Source: a virus (taxonomy: Duplodnaviria > Caudoviricetes). From it: a stretch of DNA of 51,359 nucleotides. Below the pieces are notes generated by a model. The model ran no database searches and was not told the DNA's origin. It saw only the letters and a program-made list of their open reading frames with translations. The stretch lies in IMG/VR virus record IMGVR_UViG_3300031519_004072, positions 1-51,359 of that record, one strand, 5' to 3'. Position 1 is the first letter of the stretch; each line of letters opens with the position of its first letter. Below are positions 19,670 through 27,970 of this stretch, in pieces. A program made the position numbers and the translations under genes.

Positions 19670-20139
19670 TGAAAAAATGGAAAAATAATTTAGAAGATTT
19701 TTTTAAGTGGGTCAAAGGTTCAGAGTTAGTTGAACTTGATGACATTGATGTAGCAGAAGACCCTGTAAGACCTGAATTAACTTTAGGCTTTAGAATTACA
19801 AATGGTAGAAAAATATTTGGGTTAAAGTTTGAAGATAAGATAGAAGCAATTATTTGTGTTGCCTTTTGCCCCGAAGTACCATTTACAGTAAGAGAAATGG
19901 ATTACATGTCTAGAGTAAAAGATGGTAAGATTGCAGTTGCTTATACTGTTTGGTCAAGAAAAAGAGGTGCAGGTAAAGAGATTGTTAAAAAATTATTTGA
20001 TTGGGCAAAGAGTAATAAGATAGAAAGATTAGTTACATTATCACCATTGAATCCAATGGCAACACACTTTCATATTAGTAACGGAGCCAAACAGGTTCAC
20101 GTTAATTCAGAAACACAAAACTTTGAGTATAAATTATGA
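19666..20139 (+). CDS. Hypothetical protein, GNAT-like fold
   Basis: 'YTVWSRKRGAGKEIV' resembles the acyl-CoA loop; 'LVTLSP...A.HFH.SNG'. Confidence 0.5.
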   Translation: MMKKWKNNLEDFFKWVKGSELVELDDIDVAEDPVRPELTLGFRITNGRKIFGLKFEDKIEAIICVAFCPEVPFTVREMDYMSRVKDGKIAVAYTVWSRKRGAGKEIVKKLFDWAKSNKIERLVTLSPLNPMATHFHISNGAKQVHVNSETQNFEYKL

Positions 20140-21842
20140 TACATTTTAGAAGCATTAAATGGAAAAACTTTTTAAGTACAGGAAATAGTTTTACAGAAAT
20201 ACAATTAGACAGACAAAAATCTACATTGATTGTTGGAGAAAATGGTAGTGGTAAATCTACTATTCTTGATGCATTATGTTTTGCTTTGTTTGGTAAACCA
20301 TTTAGAGTAATATCTAAATCACAATTAGTTAATACAGTTAATAATACGGATTGTGTTGTTGAGATTGAATTTAGAGTTGGTACTAAAGAATGGAAGATTG
20401 TTAGATCAATCAAACCTAATAAGTTTGAAATCTATTGTGATGATGTAATGATAAATCAAGAAGCAAATGCTAGAGACTATCAGAAGTTTTTAGAGCAACA
20501 AGTATTAAAATTAAACTTTCGTTCATTCACCCAAGTTGTTATTTTAGGTAATGCATCATTCGTACCTTTTATGCAATTGAAAGCAATACATCGAAGAGAA
20601 GTTGTTGAAGAAATATTAGATATTAAAATATTCTCAATCATGAATATGATACTTAAATCAAAACTAAAAGACTTAACAGATGAAGTAAAAGATTTAGATT
20701 ATCAATTTAATATGGCAGTTGAAAAGATTGCGTTACAAGAAAACTTTATTAGTGATATTAAAAATGATAAAGATGAAATTATAAATGATAAAGAAAAAAC
20801 ATTAGAAGAGAATAAAGAAATACTATCTGAAAGAAATGATGAAAGTACTATTCTAAAAAATCAAATAGAAGAGTTAAAATCTAAAGTTACAGATGAATCA
20901 TTGTATGATAATAGATTACGAAAGTTAAGAGACGTTAGATCAACACTAACAGAAAAACATAAAGCATTAACAAAAGAATTAGTATTCTTTGCTGATAATG
21001 AAAACTGTCCTACATGCCATCAAGATATAGATAGCGTACACAAAGAACACATGGTAACAGAAAGAAAAAATAAAGTTTCTGAAATATCTGATGGTGCAAG
21101 TAAATTAAAAGTAGAAATGGAAAAAGTTAAACAACAAGTTGATGATATTGATAAAGCATTACAAGTTATTAGAGGATCAGAAGCTCAACGTGCTGGATTG
21201 TTATCTTCTATTGTAGAACTAGAAAAGTATAATGCAAAACTAGAAATAGATATAGAAAAATTTAAATCAGGTAAAGTATCTGAAAAAGATGAAGAGAACC
21301 TTAGACTTGAAAAGGATAAGTGTAAAGGTGTTGAAGCATCACGTTCAAAACTTAAAGAAGAAATGGTTTATGTTAATACTGCTAGAGAGATACTAAACGA
21401 TACAGGAATTAAAACTAAAATCATTAAACAATATTTGCCTATTATGAATCAACTAATTAATAAGTATCTTATGAGTATGGACTTCTATGTTAATTTTCAA
21501 CTTGACGAAAACTTTACTGAAACAATTAAGTCAAGGTTTAGAGATACATTTAATTATGCTTCGTTTAGTGAAGGTGAGAAAATGCGTATTGACTTAGCAT
21601 TATTATTTACATGGAGAGCAGTAGCAAAAATGAAAAACTCTACTAATACAAATCTATTAATACTAGATGAGATATTTGATTCAAGTTTAGATGATACAGG
21701 TACAGGAGAGTTTTTAAGAATACTGAATACACTAGAAGGTGAAAATACTTTTGTCATATCTCACAAAGGTGATCAACTAGCAGATAAGTTTAGAAACAGT
21801 ATTAGATTTGCTAAAGAACAAAACTTCAGTAGGATAATGTAA
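20136..21842 (+). CDS. gp46: Recombination ATPase subunit (T4 gp46, Rad50/SbcC-like)
   Basis: 'GENGSGKST', zinc hook 'CPTC', signature 'FSEGEK', 'LILDEIFDSSLD', 'ISH'. Confidence 0.96.
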   Translation: MIHFRSIKWKNFLSTGNSFTEIQLDRQKSTLIVGENGSGKSTILDALCFALFGKPFRVISKSQLVNTVNNTDCVVEIEFRVGTKEWKIVRSIKPNKFEIYCDDVMINQEANARDYQKFLEQQVLKLNFRSFTQVVILGNASFVPFMQLKAIHRREVVEEILDIKIFSIMNMILKSKLKDLTDEVKDLDYQFNMAVEKIALQENFISDIKNDKDEIINDKEKTLEENKEILSERNDESTILKNQIEELKSKVTDESLYDNRLRKLRDVRSTLTEKHKALTKELVFFADNENCPTCHQDIDSVHKEHMVTERKNKVSEISDGASKLKVEMEKVKQQVDDIDKALQVIRGSEAQRAGLLSSIVELEKYNAKLEIDIEKFKSGKVSEKDEENLRLEKDKCKGVEASRSKLKEEMVYVNTAREILNDTGIKTKIIKQYLPIMNQLINKYLMSMDFYVNFQLDENFTETIKSRFRDTFNYASFSEGEKMRIDLALLFTWRAVAKMKNSTNTNLLILDEIFDSSLDDTGTGEFLRILNTLEGENTFVISHKGDQLADKFRNSIRFAKEQNFSRIM

Positions 21843-21976
21843 TGAATAAAAGATTATTAAAATTATATCTTATATTTTATTGGAATAGAATTAAATATAT
21901 TTTTATTAAACCGAAGAGATCAAAAAGTGTTAGTTTCATTTATGAAAATGATCTAGATAAAAAAGATGATAGTTAA
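21842..21976 (+). CDS. 44-aa peptide MNKRLLKLYLIFYWNRIKYIFIKPKRSKSVSFIYENDLDKKDDS
   Basis: ATG overlaps the gp46 stop (TAATG) and the ORF overlaps the radical SAM start; not in the ORF track. Confidence 0.55.
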   Translation: MNKRLLKLYLIFYWNRIKYIFIKPKRSKSVSFIYENDLDKKDDS

Positions 21977-22619
21977 ACAACTTGATATTGCAATTACTAA
22001 TCTATGTAACGCTAGATGTCCACAATGCGATAGAACAGATAAAAATAATATTACAAAGACGTATGATTATATACCATTAACACAATGGTCGTTTGAAGAT
22101 TTTAAAAATAAATTTCCAATAGAAACACTTAACGATGTAGAAGAATATAGTTTTTGTGGTACATGGGGTGACCCTATGATGTGTAAAGATATTCAAAAGA
22201 TCGTACAATATATTATTGATAACTCAAAATCAAACGTATCAATCACAACAAATGGTAGTATTCGTAACGAAGAGTTTTATTGGAACATAGGTGTTCTTTG
22301 TGGTAAAAGACTTTCTATTGTATTTGATATTGACGGAATAAATGAAGACATGCATCAAAAATATAGAAGAGGTGCATCATTAAAAAGGTGTTTGGCAAAT
22401 ATGAGTACATTATCAGAAACACAATCAATTGTATTATCTCAAACAATATTATTCAAACATAATCAAGATTACATAGAAGAAATAAAAAAACTAGTAAAGG
22501 ATAATGGTTCTTCTAATCATGTTTTTTATAGATCAGATAGATTTGAAAATGATGAAGGCATATTTACTTTTACAAATGAACAAGGTAAAATAGAACACTT
22601 AGAAAGAGCTGATGCCTAA
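21966..22619 (+). CDS. Radical SAM enzyme (core domain)
   Basis: CxxxCxxC 'CNARCPQC', 'FCGTWGDP', 'TTNGS', 'FDIDG'. Confidence 0.88.
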   Translation: MIVKQLDIAITNLCNARCPQCDRTDKNNITKTYDYIPLTQWSFEDFKNKFPIETLNDVEEYSFCGTWGDPMMCKDIQKIVQYIIDNSKSNVSITTNGSIRNEEFYWNIGVLCGKRLSIVFDIDGINEDMHQKYRRGASLKRCLANMSTLSETQSIVLSQTILFKHNQDYIEEIKKLVKDNGSSNHVFYRSDRFENDEGIFTFTNEQGKIEHLERADA

Positions 22620-22935
22620 AATAGATTGTAAATTTTTAAATCATAAAACAAAAACAATGGTTCAAACAGATGGGTCAGTTTGGCCTTGTTGTTATTTGGG
22701 TACTTATAATTGGCGTGAAGATAAAAAAGTTACAGATCAAAATTTGTTTAAAGAATATAGAAAGACTAAAGACAAACAAAATTTAAATAATCATTCGTTA
22801 AAAGAAATATTAAATAGTGAGTGGTTTACTAAAACATTACCAGAGTCTTGGAAAGATGAAAAGACTTGTGCCAGACAATGCAAATTTTGGTGTACTCAAG
22901 GACACGATCCAGCAGAATTAAGGATTAAAAAATGA
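22612..22935 (+). CDS. Stand-alone SPASM/twitch-like Fe-S domain
   Basis: 'C...DGSVWPCCY...SLKEILNS.W...C.RQCKFWC'; overlaps the radical SAM gene by 8 nt. Confidence 0.75.
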   Translation: MPKIDCKFLNHKTKTMVQTDGSVWPCCYLGTYNWREDKKVTDQNLFKEYRKTKDKQNLNNHSLKEILNSEWFTKTLPESWKDEKTCARQCKFWCTQGHDPAELRIKK

Positions 22936-24272
22936 AACAAACTAATTTAGGTATATCAGAAGGGTTTCATGATGCGTCTGTAACACACCTTTACGGACAA
23001 AATATAATATCAGCTTCACACGCAGAAAGATATAGTGGAATTAAAAATGATCGATGGGTACATAAAGATCAATTAGCAAAGACACCTTATTATGATAACA
23101 TGGCATTTTATGAAAATTACTTTTGGAAAAATACTAGAAATTTTTGGAGTGGTCAACCTAGAGTAAAGTATAAAAGAAAATATTCACACATATTTAAACA
23201 TCACGAAACTCATGCAGCTGCAGGTTATTATACTTCTAAGTTTAATACTTGTAATGTAATTGTTATTGACTCCATAGGTGAATGGGATACAGTTTCTATA
23301 TGGGAGTGTAATGGTGACAAGATGAAAAAAATCAAGTCATGGAAGTATCCATATTCACTTGGTTTATTATATTCTGCAATTACACAAAGACTTGGTTATA
23401 AACCAAACGAAGAAGAATATATTGTAATGGGTATGGCTGCATACGGAGTACCTAAGTTAGATTTAGAACCTTTACTTTACAAAAACAATCACAAAGGTTG
23501 TGGTCAAATATTTCCTAATGAACATCCATATGATATTGCAGCTAGTATGCAAAATCTATATGAAACAAAACTATTACAATTATTAAAATATACTACATCT
23601 AAAAATCTTGTTATCATGGGTGGGTGTGCTTTAAACTGTGTAGCAAATAGTAAGATACCAGAAAGATTTAATATTTGGATTATGCCAAATCCTGGCGATG
23701 CAGGTTCTAGTCTTGGTGCAGCTGCTTTAATAGAAAAGAAGAAGTTAAAATGGAAACACCCATACTTAGGTCATAACATTTCTAATAAGATCAATCCAAA
23801 AGAAGTTGTTAAACATATATTGAAACATGGATATTGTGGTGTTGCAAACGGAAGAGCAGAGTTTGGCCCAAGAGCATTAGGAAACAGATCACTACTTGCT
23901 GATCCTAGATTAGATATTAAAGATACAGTTAATACTATTAAACGTAGAGAAAAGTTTAGACCATTTGCTCCAGCGATACTTGAAGAGTTTGCACCAGAAT
24001 ACTTTGAAGGTCGTATGAATAGATACATGCAATTTACAGCAAAGGCAATGCATGATTATAAATCAGTTACACACGTTGATGGTAGTGCCAGAGTACAATT
24101 AGTTGAAATTAGTTGTGTATCTGTTATCAGAGATATTCTAGAAGAGTTTTACGAACAAACAGGTTGTCCTATGTTATTGAATACAAGTTTAAATATAAAA
24201 GGAAAACCAATGGTTAATACATGGCATGATGCTATGGAGTTTGAAAAGTTATACAATGTCAAAGTATTTTAA
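22932..24272 (+). CDS. O-carbamoyltransferase (NodU/CmcH/TobZ family)
   Basis: 'GFHDAS', 'ERYSGIKND', 'HHETHAAA', 'MGMAAYG', 'GGCALNC', 'EFGPRALGNRSLLADP', 'KRREKFRPFAP', 'THVDGSARVQ', 'LLNTSLN'. Confidence 0.93.
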   Translation: MKQTNLGISEGFHDASVTHLYGQNIISASHAERYSGIKNDRWVHKDQLAKTPYYDNMAFYENYFWKNTRNFWSGQPRVKYKRKYSHIFKHHETHAAAGYYTSKFNTCNVIVIDSIGEWDTVSIWECNGDKMKKIKSWKYPYSLGLLYSAITQRLGYKPNEEEYIVMGMAAYGVPKLDLEPLLYKNNHKGCGQIFPNEHPYDIAASMQNLYETKLLQLLKYTTSKNLVIMGGCALNCVANSKIPERFNIWIMPNPGDAGSSLGAAALIEKKKLKWKHPYLGHNISNKINPKEVVKHILKHGYCGVANGRAEFGPRALGNRSLLADPRLDIKDTVNTIKRREKFRPFAPAILEEFAPEYFEGRMNRYMQFTAKAMHDYKSVTHVDGSARVQLVEISCVSVIRDILEEFYEQTGCPMLLNTSLNIKGKPMVNTWHDAMEFEKLYNVKVF

Positions 24273-24281
24273 GGTTATAAT

Positions 24282-24929
24282 ATGATAATAGTAGCAGGCG
24301 ACAGCAATCACGATCCAAAATATTCTGGTTACAGAAAAAATAATATTACTGTTTGGACAGATAAGTTAAATGTTAAAGTAGATAATATTGCTGAGTCAGG
24401 TGTGGGGAATGATGTTATATGTGACAATACACTAAAAGCAATAAGAGAGCATGATTACAAAGTTGATCATGTATATGTGTTTTGGTCAGATTGGTATAGA
24501 GTTTACAAAGAACAAAATAGAAATCATGATGTTGAGGCTTACCGTAAATGGCAAACTGATATAGTGCATGGCAGACTTAATGCTGATCTAGAAACACTTA
24601 TTAATCTAAATCTAAAAACATTCTACACGCTACAAACAGCATTAAAAGAGTCTAATATAGATTACACTTTTTATCAAGAATTAAACCCCCTACCAATGAT
24701 AGAGTATGAACAAGAAATGTTTGCCACTAAATTTATTTTTAATCATCCTTTATTTGATTTCATCGATAAAGATAGATTTTGGGGTTGGCCTATACTAAGA
24801 TTTATAGGTGGCAAGAATTTATATGATAGTGTAAAATTAGATGATCTAACAGATACAGATAGTCACTATGGTCAAAAGACTCATGACCATTACGCAGAAT
24901 TTATTATACAAAAAGGTATGGACTTATGA
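24282..24929 (+). CDS. SGNH/GDSL hydrolase-like protein
   Basis: 'AGDSN', 'NIAESGVGN', 'FWS...R', C-terminal 'DSHY'. Confidence 0.6.
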   Translation: MIIVAGDSNHDPKYSGYRKNNITVWTDKLNVKVDNIAESGVGNDVICDNTLKAIREHDYKVDHVYVFWSDWYRVYKEQNRNHDVEAYRKWQTDIVHGRLNADLETLINLNLKTFYTLQTALKESNIDYTFYQELNPLPMIEYEQEMFATKFIFNHPLFDFIDKDRFWGWPILRFIGGKNLYDSVKLDDLTDTDSHYGQKTHDHYAEFIIQKGMDL

Positions 24930-26200
24930 TAACAAAGAAAAAATATTCTAAGGTTAATAGTTGGACACATTTTGATCCATTAAAACAAGTTGTAATTGGA
25001 AACATTTACGATCCTAAGTTTTTTGATGATCTACCAGATACTAGTATAAGAGATAGTATTCAGAAAGTTATGTATGAAACTATTGAAGACTTAGATATTA
25101 TAAAGAAAAAACTTATAGATTTAGGTGTAGAAGTTATTCAAACAGATTCTAAATGGACACAAAACGGAAACATTTTAAAAGAAAACTCTTTTATGGAATG
25201 GCAAGAGAATAATCCAAATGGTTCATTACCCAAACCAATGATTAATCCTAGAGACAATTATATAACAATGGGTGATGAGATATTTCTAACAGACGGATTT
25301 TCTCTACATTGTAAAGAAACAGGTGAACACCCATTAGATATGTTTGATTGTAATATTACTCTATGTAAAGATATGTTTAGTAATTATGTGTTAAATAAAA
25401 TTCATGATGTACCAACAATGCTTGGACCATTCACGCCACAACTAGAAGGTCAATTTGAAGACGGGGTTCCTAATTCATGGGAGCCATCGTGGGATGTTCA
25501 AGAATATTTTGAAGCAAATATAAAAAAGCATCCTATTGAGTTTAGCAAATTTCTTTGGTCAACATGGCAAATGTCAGCTGCATCATTAACAAGACTTGGT
25601 GATAAGTTAATTGTTGATGAAGTTGACAAGTCAGGTTTCTTTGATTGGTATACTAAACAACGACCAGACACCAAGTACAAAAAAGCAACATGTGCTATTG
25701 GTGGCCATACTGATGGTAGTATGTGTTTAGTTAGACCTGGGTTGATTATAGGATCGCCGTGGATGAAAGAAGATTTCTTTAATAAAACTTTTCCTGGTTG
25801 GGATTGTATGATTATAAATGATCCAAATGATTTTGCATCTACAAAAGATTATGCGAAATTAGTAGAAGATCAATATAATAGAAAAATTAAAAAGAAAGAA
25901 AGAATTAATTGGTTTGTAAAAGAAAAAATGCATGACCATAAGTTTGTTAAGTTTGTAGATCAATGGTTATATGATTGGGTTGGTATGCAAGATGAAACAT
26001 TATTTGAAGTTAATATGTTAAGTCTAGATGAAAAGAATATACTAACATTAAACTATCAAACAGAAGTACATGATAAATTAAAATCAGCAAACGTAAATCC
26101 AATATACGTTCCTTTTAGACATAAAAGATTTTGGGATAGTGGATTACATTGTTTAACATTAGATACATACAGAGAAGGTGAGTGTCGTGAAATTAATTGA
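24926..26200 (+). CDS. Amidinotransferase (glycine/inosamine-phosphate amidinotransferase family)
   Basis: 'VNSWTHFDPLKQVVIG', 'PRD', 'GHTDG...VRPG', 'FEVNMLSLD', catalytic Cys in 'SGLHCLTLD..R'. Confidence 0.85.
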   Translation: MITKKKYSKVNSWTHFDPLKQVVIGNIYDPKFFDDLPDTSIRDSIQKVMYETIEDLDIIKKKLIDLGVEVIQTDSKWTQNGNILKENSFMEWQENNPNGSLPKPMINPRDNYITMGDEIFLTDGFSLHCKETGEHPLDMFDCNITLCKDMFSNYVLNKIHDVPTMLGPFTPQLEGQFEDGVPNSWEPSWDVQEYFEANIKKHPIEFSKFLWSTWQMSAASLTRLGDKLIVDEVDKSGFFDWYTKQRPDTKYKKATCAIGGHTDGSMCLVRPGLIIGSPWMKEDFFNKTFPGWDCMIINDPNDFASTKDYAKLVEDQYNRKIKKKERINWFVKEKMHDHKFVKFVDQWLYDWVGMQDETLFEVNMLSLDEKNILTLNYQTEVHDKLKSANVNPIYVPFRHKRFWDSGLHCLTLDTYREGECREIN

Positions 26201-26753
26201 GTTTTGTAAAACATATCATAATGCAGCTACACCAGAATTATGCGAAGAGTTAATTCAATGGTTTGAAAGCGCTGGTGCAAAAACAGTAAGAGCAAATAGA
26301 GACACTAGACAAGATATACAAAAGTGGGTTGATCCTATTACTGATCAGTTGTTATATGATAAAATAGAAACTATTAAAAGAGAAACATTAAATTCTTATC
26401 TAGCAGATTATCCTTTTGTTTATAGAGGAAACAGAAAACTAGTATCAGAAGAAACTAAAATACAAAGAACTGATCCTAAAGGTGGTGGATTTCATAACTT
26501 TCATGCTGAGGTATCTCATTATAAAAACATTAGAAGATGTTTGGCGTGGACGATTTATTTAAACGATATACCAGACGAAGAAGGTGAAACAGAATTTTTA
26601 TATGAAAAGTTAAGAATACAACCACAAAAAGGTATGATGGCTATATTCCCAGCATCTTTTGCTTGGGCTCATAGAGGCAATCCTGTACATACAGAATCAA
26701 AATACATATCAACAGGTTGGTGGTTATATCCAAAAGAAGGTAAACAAGATTAA
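26178..26753 (+). CDS. 2OG-Fe(II) oxygenase (prolyl-hydroxylase-like)
   Basis: 'FHAE', 'IYLND...GETEF', 'FPA...HRGNP', 'KYISTGW'; the start may be GTG 26187. Confidence 0.88.
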   Translation: MSVVKLIEFCKTYHNAATPELCEELIQWFESAGAKTVRANRDTRQDIQKWVDPITDQLLYDKIETIKRETLNSYLADYPFVYRGNRKLVSEETKIQRTDPKGGGFHNFHAEVSHYKNIRRCLAWTIYLNDIPDEEGETEFLYEKLRIQPQKGMMAIFPASFAWAHRGNPVHTESKYISTGWWLYPKEGKQD

Positions 26754-26759
26754 AACTAA

Positions 26760-27086
26760 ATGACTTATATTGTAAACGACAATTGTATTAAATGTAAACT
26801 AATGGACTGTGTTGAAGTTTGTCCTGTCGATTGTTTTTATGAAGGTAAAAATATGCTTGTAATTAACCCCGATGAGTGTATCGATTGTGGCGTTTGTGAA
26901 CCAGAGTGCCCTGTTGATGCTATTGTTAGTGATGCAGAATCTGGTATAGAAAAGTGGTTAGAAGTAAATGACAAGTACAGTCAGATATGGCCAAGAATAA
27001 CAGAAAAAAAAGAACCACCTTTAGATTCAGAAAAATATAAAAATGAAGAAAATAAATATGAAAAATATTTTAAGGAAAATCTATGA
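26760..27086 (+). CDS. fdxA: FdxA-type (7Fe) ferredoxin
   Basis: '[45 protein letters not shown]'. Confidence 0.93.
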   Translation: MTYIVNDNCIKCKLMDCVEVCPVDCFYEGKNMLVINPDECIDCGVCEPECPVDAIVSDAESGIEKWLEVNDKYSQIWPRITEKKEPPLDSEKYKNEENKYEKYFKENL

Positions 27087-27922
27087 GTAAAATTATAGTT
27101 GGTGGATGTTCATTTACAGATAAGGGTATGCCAAAGCATGCCAAGCCAAATGCTATGGATTTTAAAATGTGGCCTGAAGTATTAGGTGAGGTTACTGAGC
27201 GTGAAGTTATCAATGTGGGTGTATGTGGTTCTGGTAATAGATCGATATTACATAATGTTGTTAAAGAAGTATTAAAACATAATCCTAAAGATATTGATGC
27301 TGTCATTGTTGCTTGGTCAGAATGGACTAGACAAGATATACTATCTGATAATAAAGATTATACAGACTATCCGTTTCGTACAATTCTTCCTAGAGTGTCA
27401 GATGTAAAAGATAGTTTTACTAAAGACAGTATTGTTGATTCTGAAACAAAAGTAGATTCGTACTATGATATGTTAGAAACAAAGTTTCCTAAAGATATTG
27501 ATATTATGAATGACAACTTACAAATAATGTATATGTTTCAATGTTTCTGTAATGAGAATCATTTAAATTTCTTACAAATGCAGATGTTACCGACATATAA
27601 TAAATTTAGAAAAGAGTCTAATACAACTGCAAATTATGATACAGAAGAAACTTTAGACCCCGATAAATATCCAACTGATCTTGAAATGGAAAAACGACAG
27701 ATAAGAGAACGTGATTTTATCAAAAATCCTATTTCATTGTTAATAGAAGATAGTAAATTTATTGGATATCCTATATTCGAAAGATTAGGTGGATATAATA
27801 TGTTAGAATTACTAAGGAAAACATACGGAGAATCATACAGAATCAGTGGCATCGATGCCCATCCAAATGAGGAATCCCATAGATTTCTCGCTGATCGTGT
27901 ACTAGAAGCCCTTGATTTATAA
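27083..27922 (+). CDS. SGNH/GDSL hydrolase-like protein
   Basis: 'GGCSFT', 'WPEVL', 'GVCGSGN', 'DAHPN'; paralog of 2359-3060. Confidence 0.7.
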   Translation: MSKIIVGGCSFTDKGMPKHAKPNAMDFKMWPEVLGEVTEREVINVGVCGSGNRSILHNVVKEVLKHNPKDIDAVIVAWSEWTRQDILSDNKDYTDYPFRTILPRVSDVKDSFTKDSIVDSETKVDSYYDMLETKFPKDIDIMNDNLQIMYMFQCFCNENHLNFLQMQMLPTYNKFRKESNTTANYDTEETLDPDKYPTDLEMEKRQIRERDFIKNPISLLIEDSKFIGYPIFERLGGYNMLELLRKTYGESYRISGIDAHPNEESHRFLADRVLEALDL

Positions 27923-27931
27923 GGGTTTTTT
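27906..27931 (+). terminator. Probable intrinsic terminator ending the enzyme cluster
   Basis: AAGCCCTTG-ATTTA-TAAGGGTTT followed by TTT. Confidence 0.55.
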
Positions 27932-27937
27932 AAGCCC

Positions 27938-27966
27938 TTGACAATTCCCTCATAACCTGTCATTAT
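27938..27966 (+). promoter_or_regulatory. Sigma70-type promoter TTGACA-N17 with extended -10 TGtCATTAT
   Basis: TTGACA 27938-27943; CATTAT 27961-27966. Confidence 0.6.
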
Positions 27967-27970
27967 AAGG

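Noticed and set aside
21842-27922. A saxitoxin biosynthesis cluster
   Set aside because: Only the enzyme families overlap; there is no SxtA-like PKS/aminotransferase or other core gene in the window.
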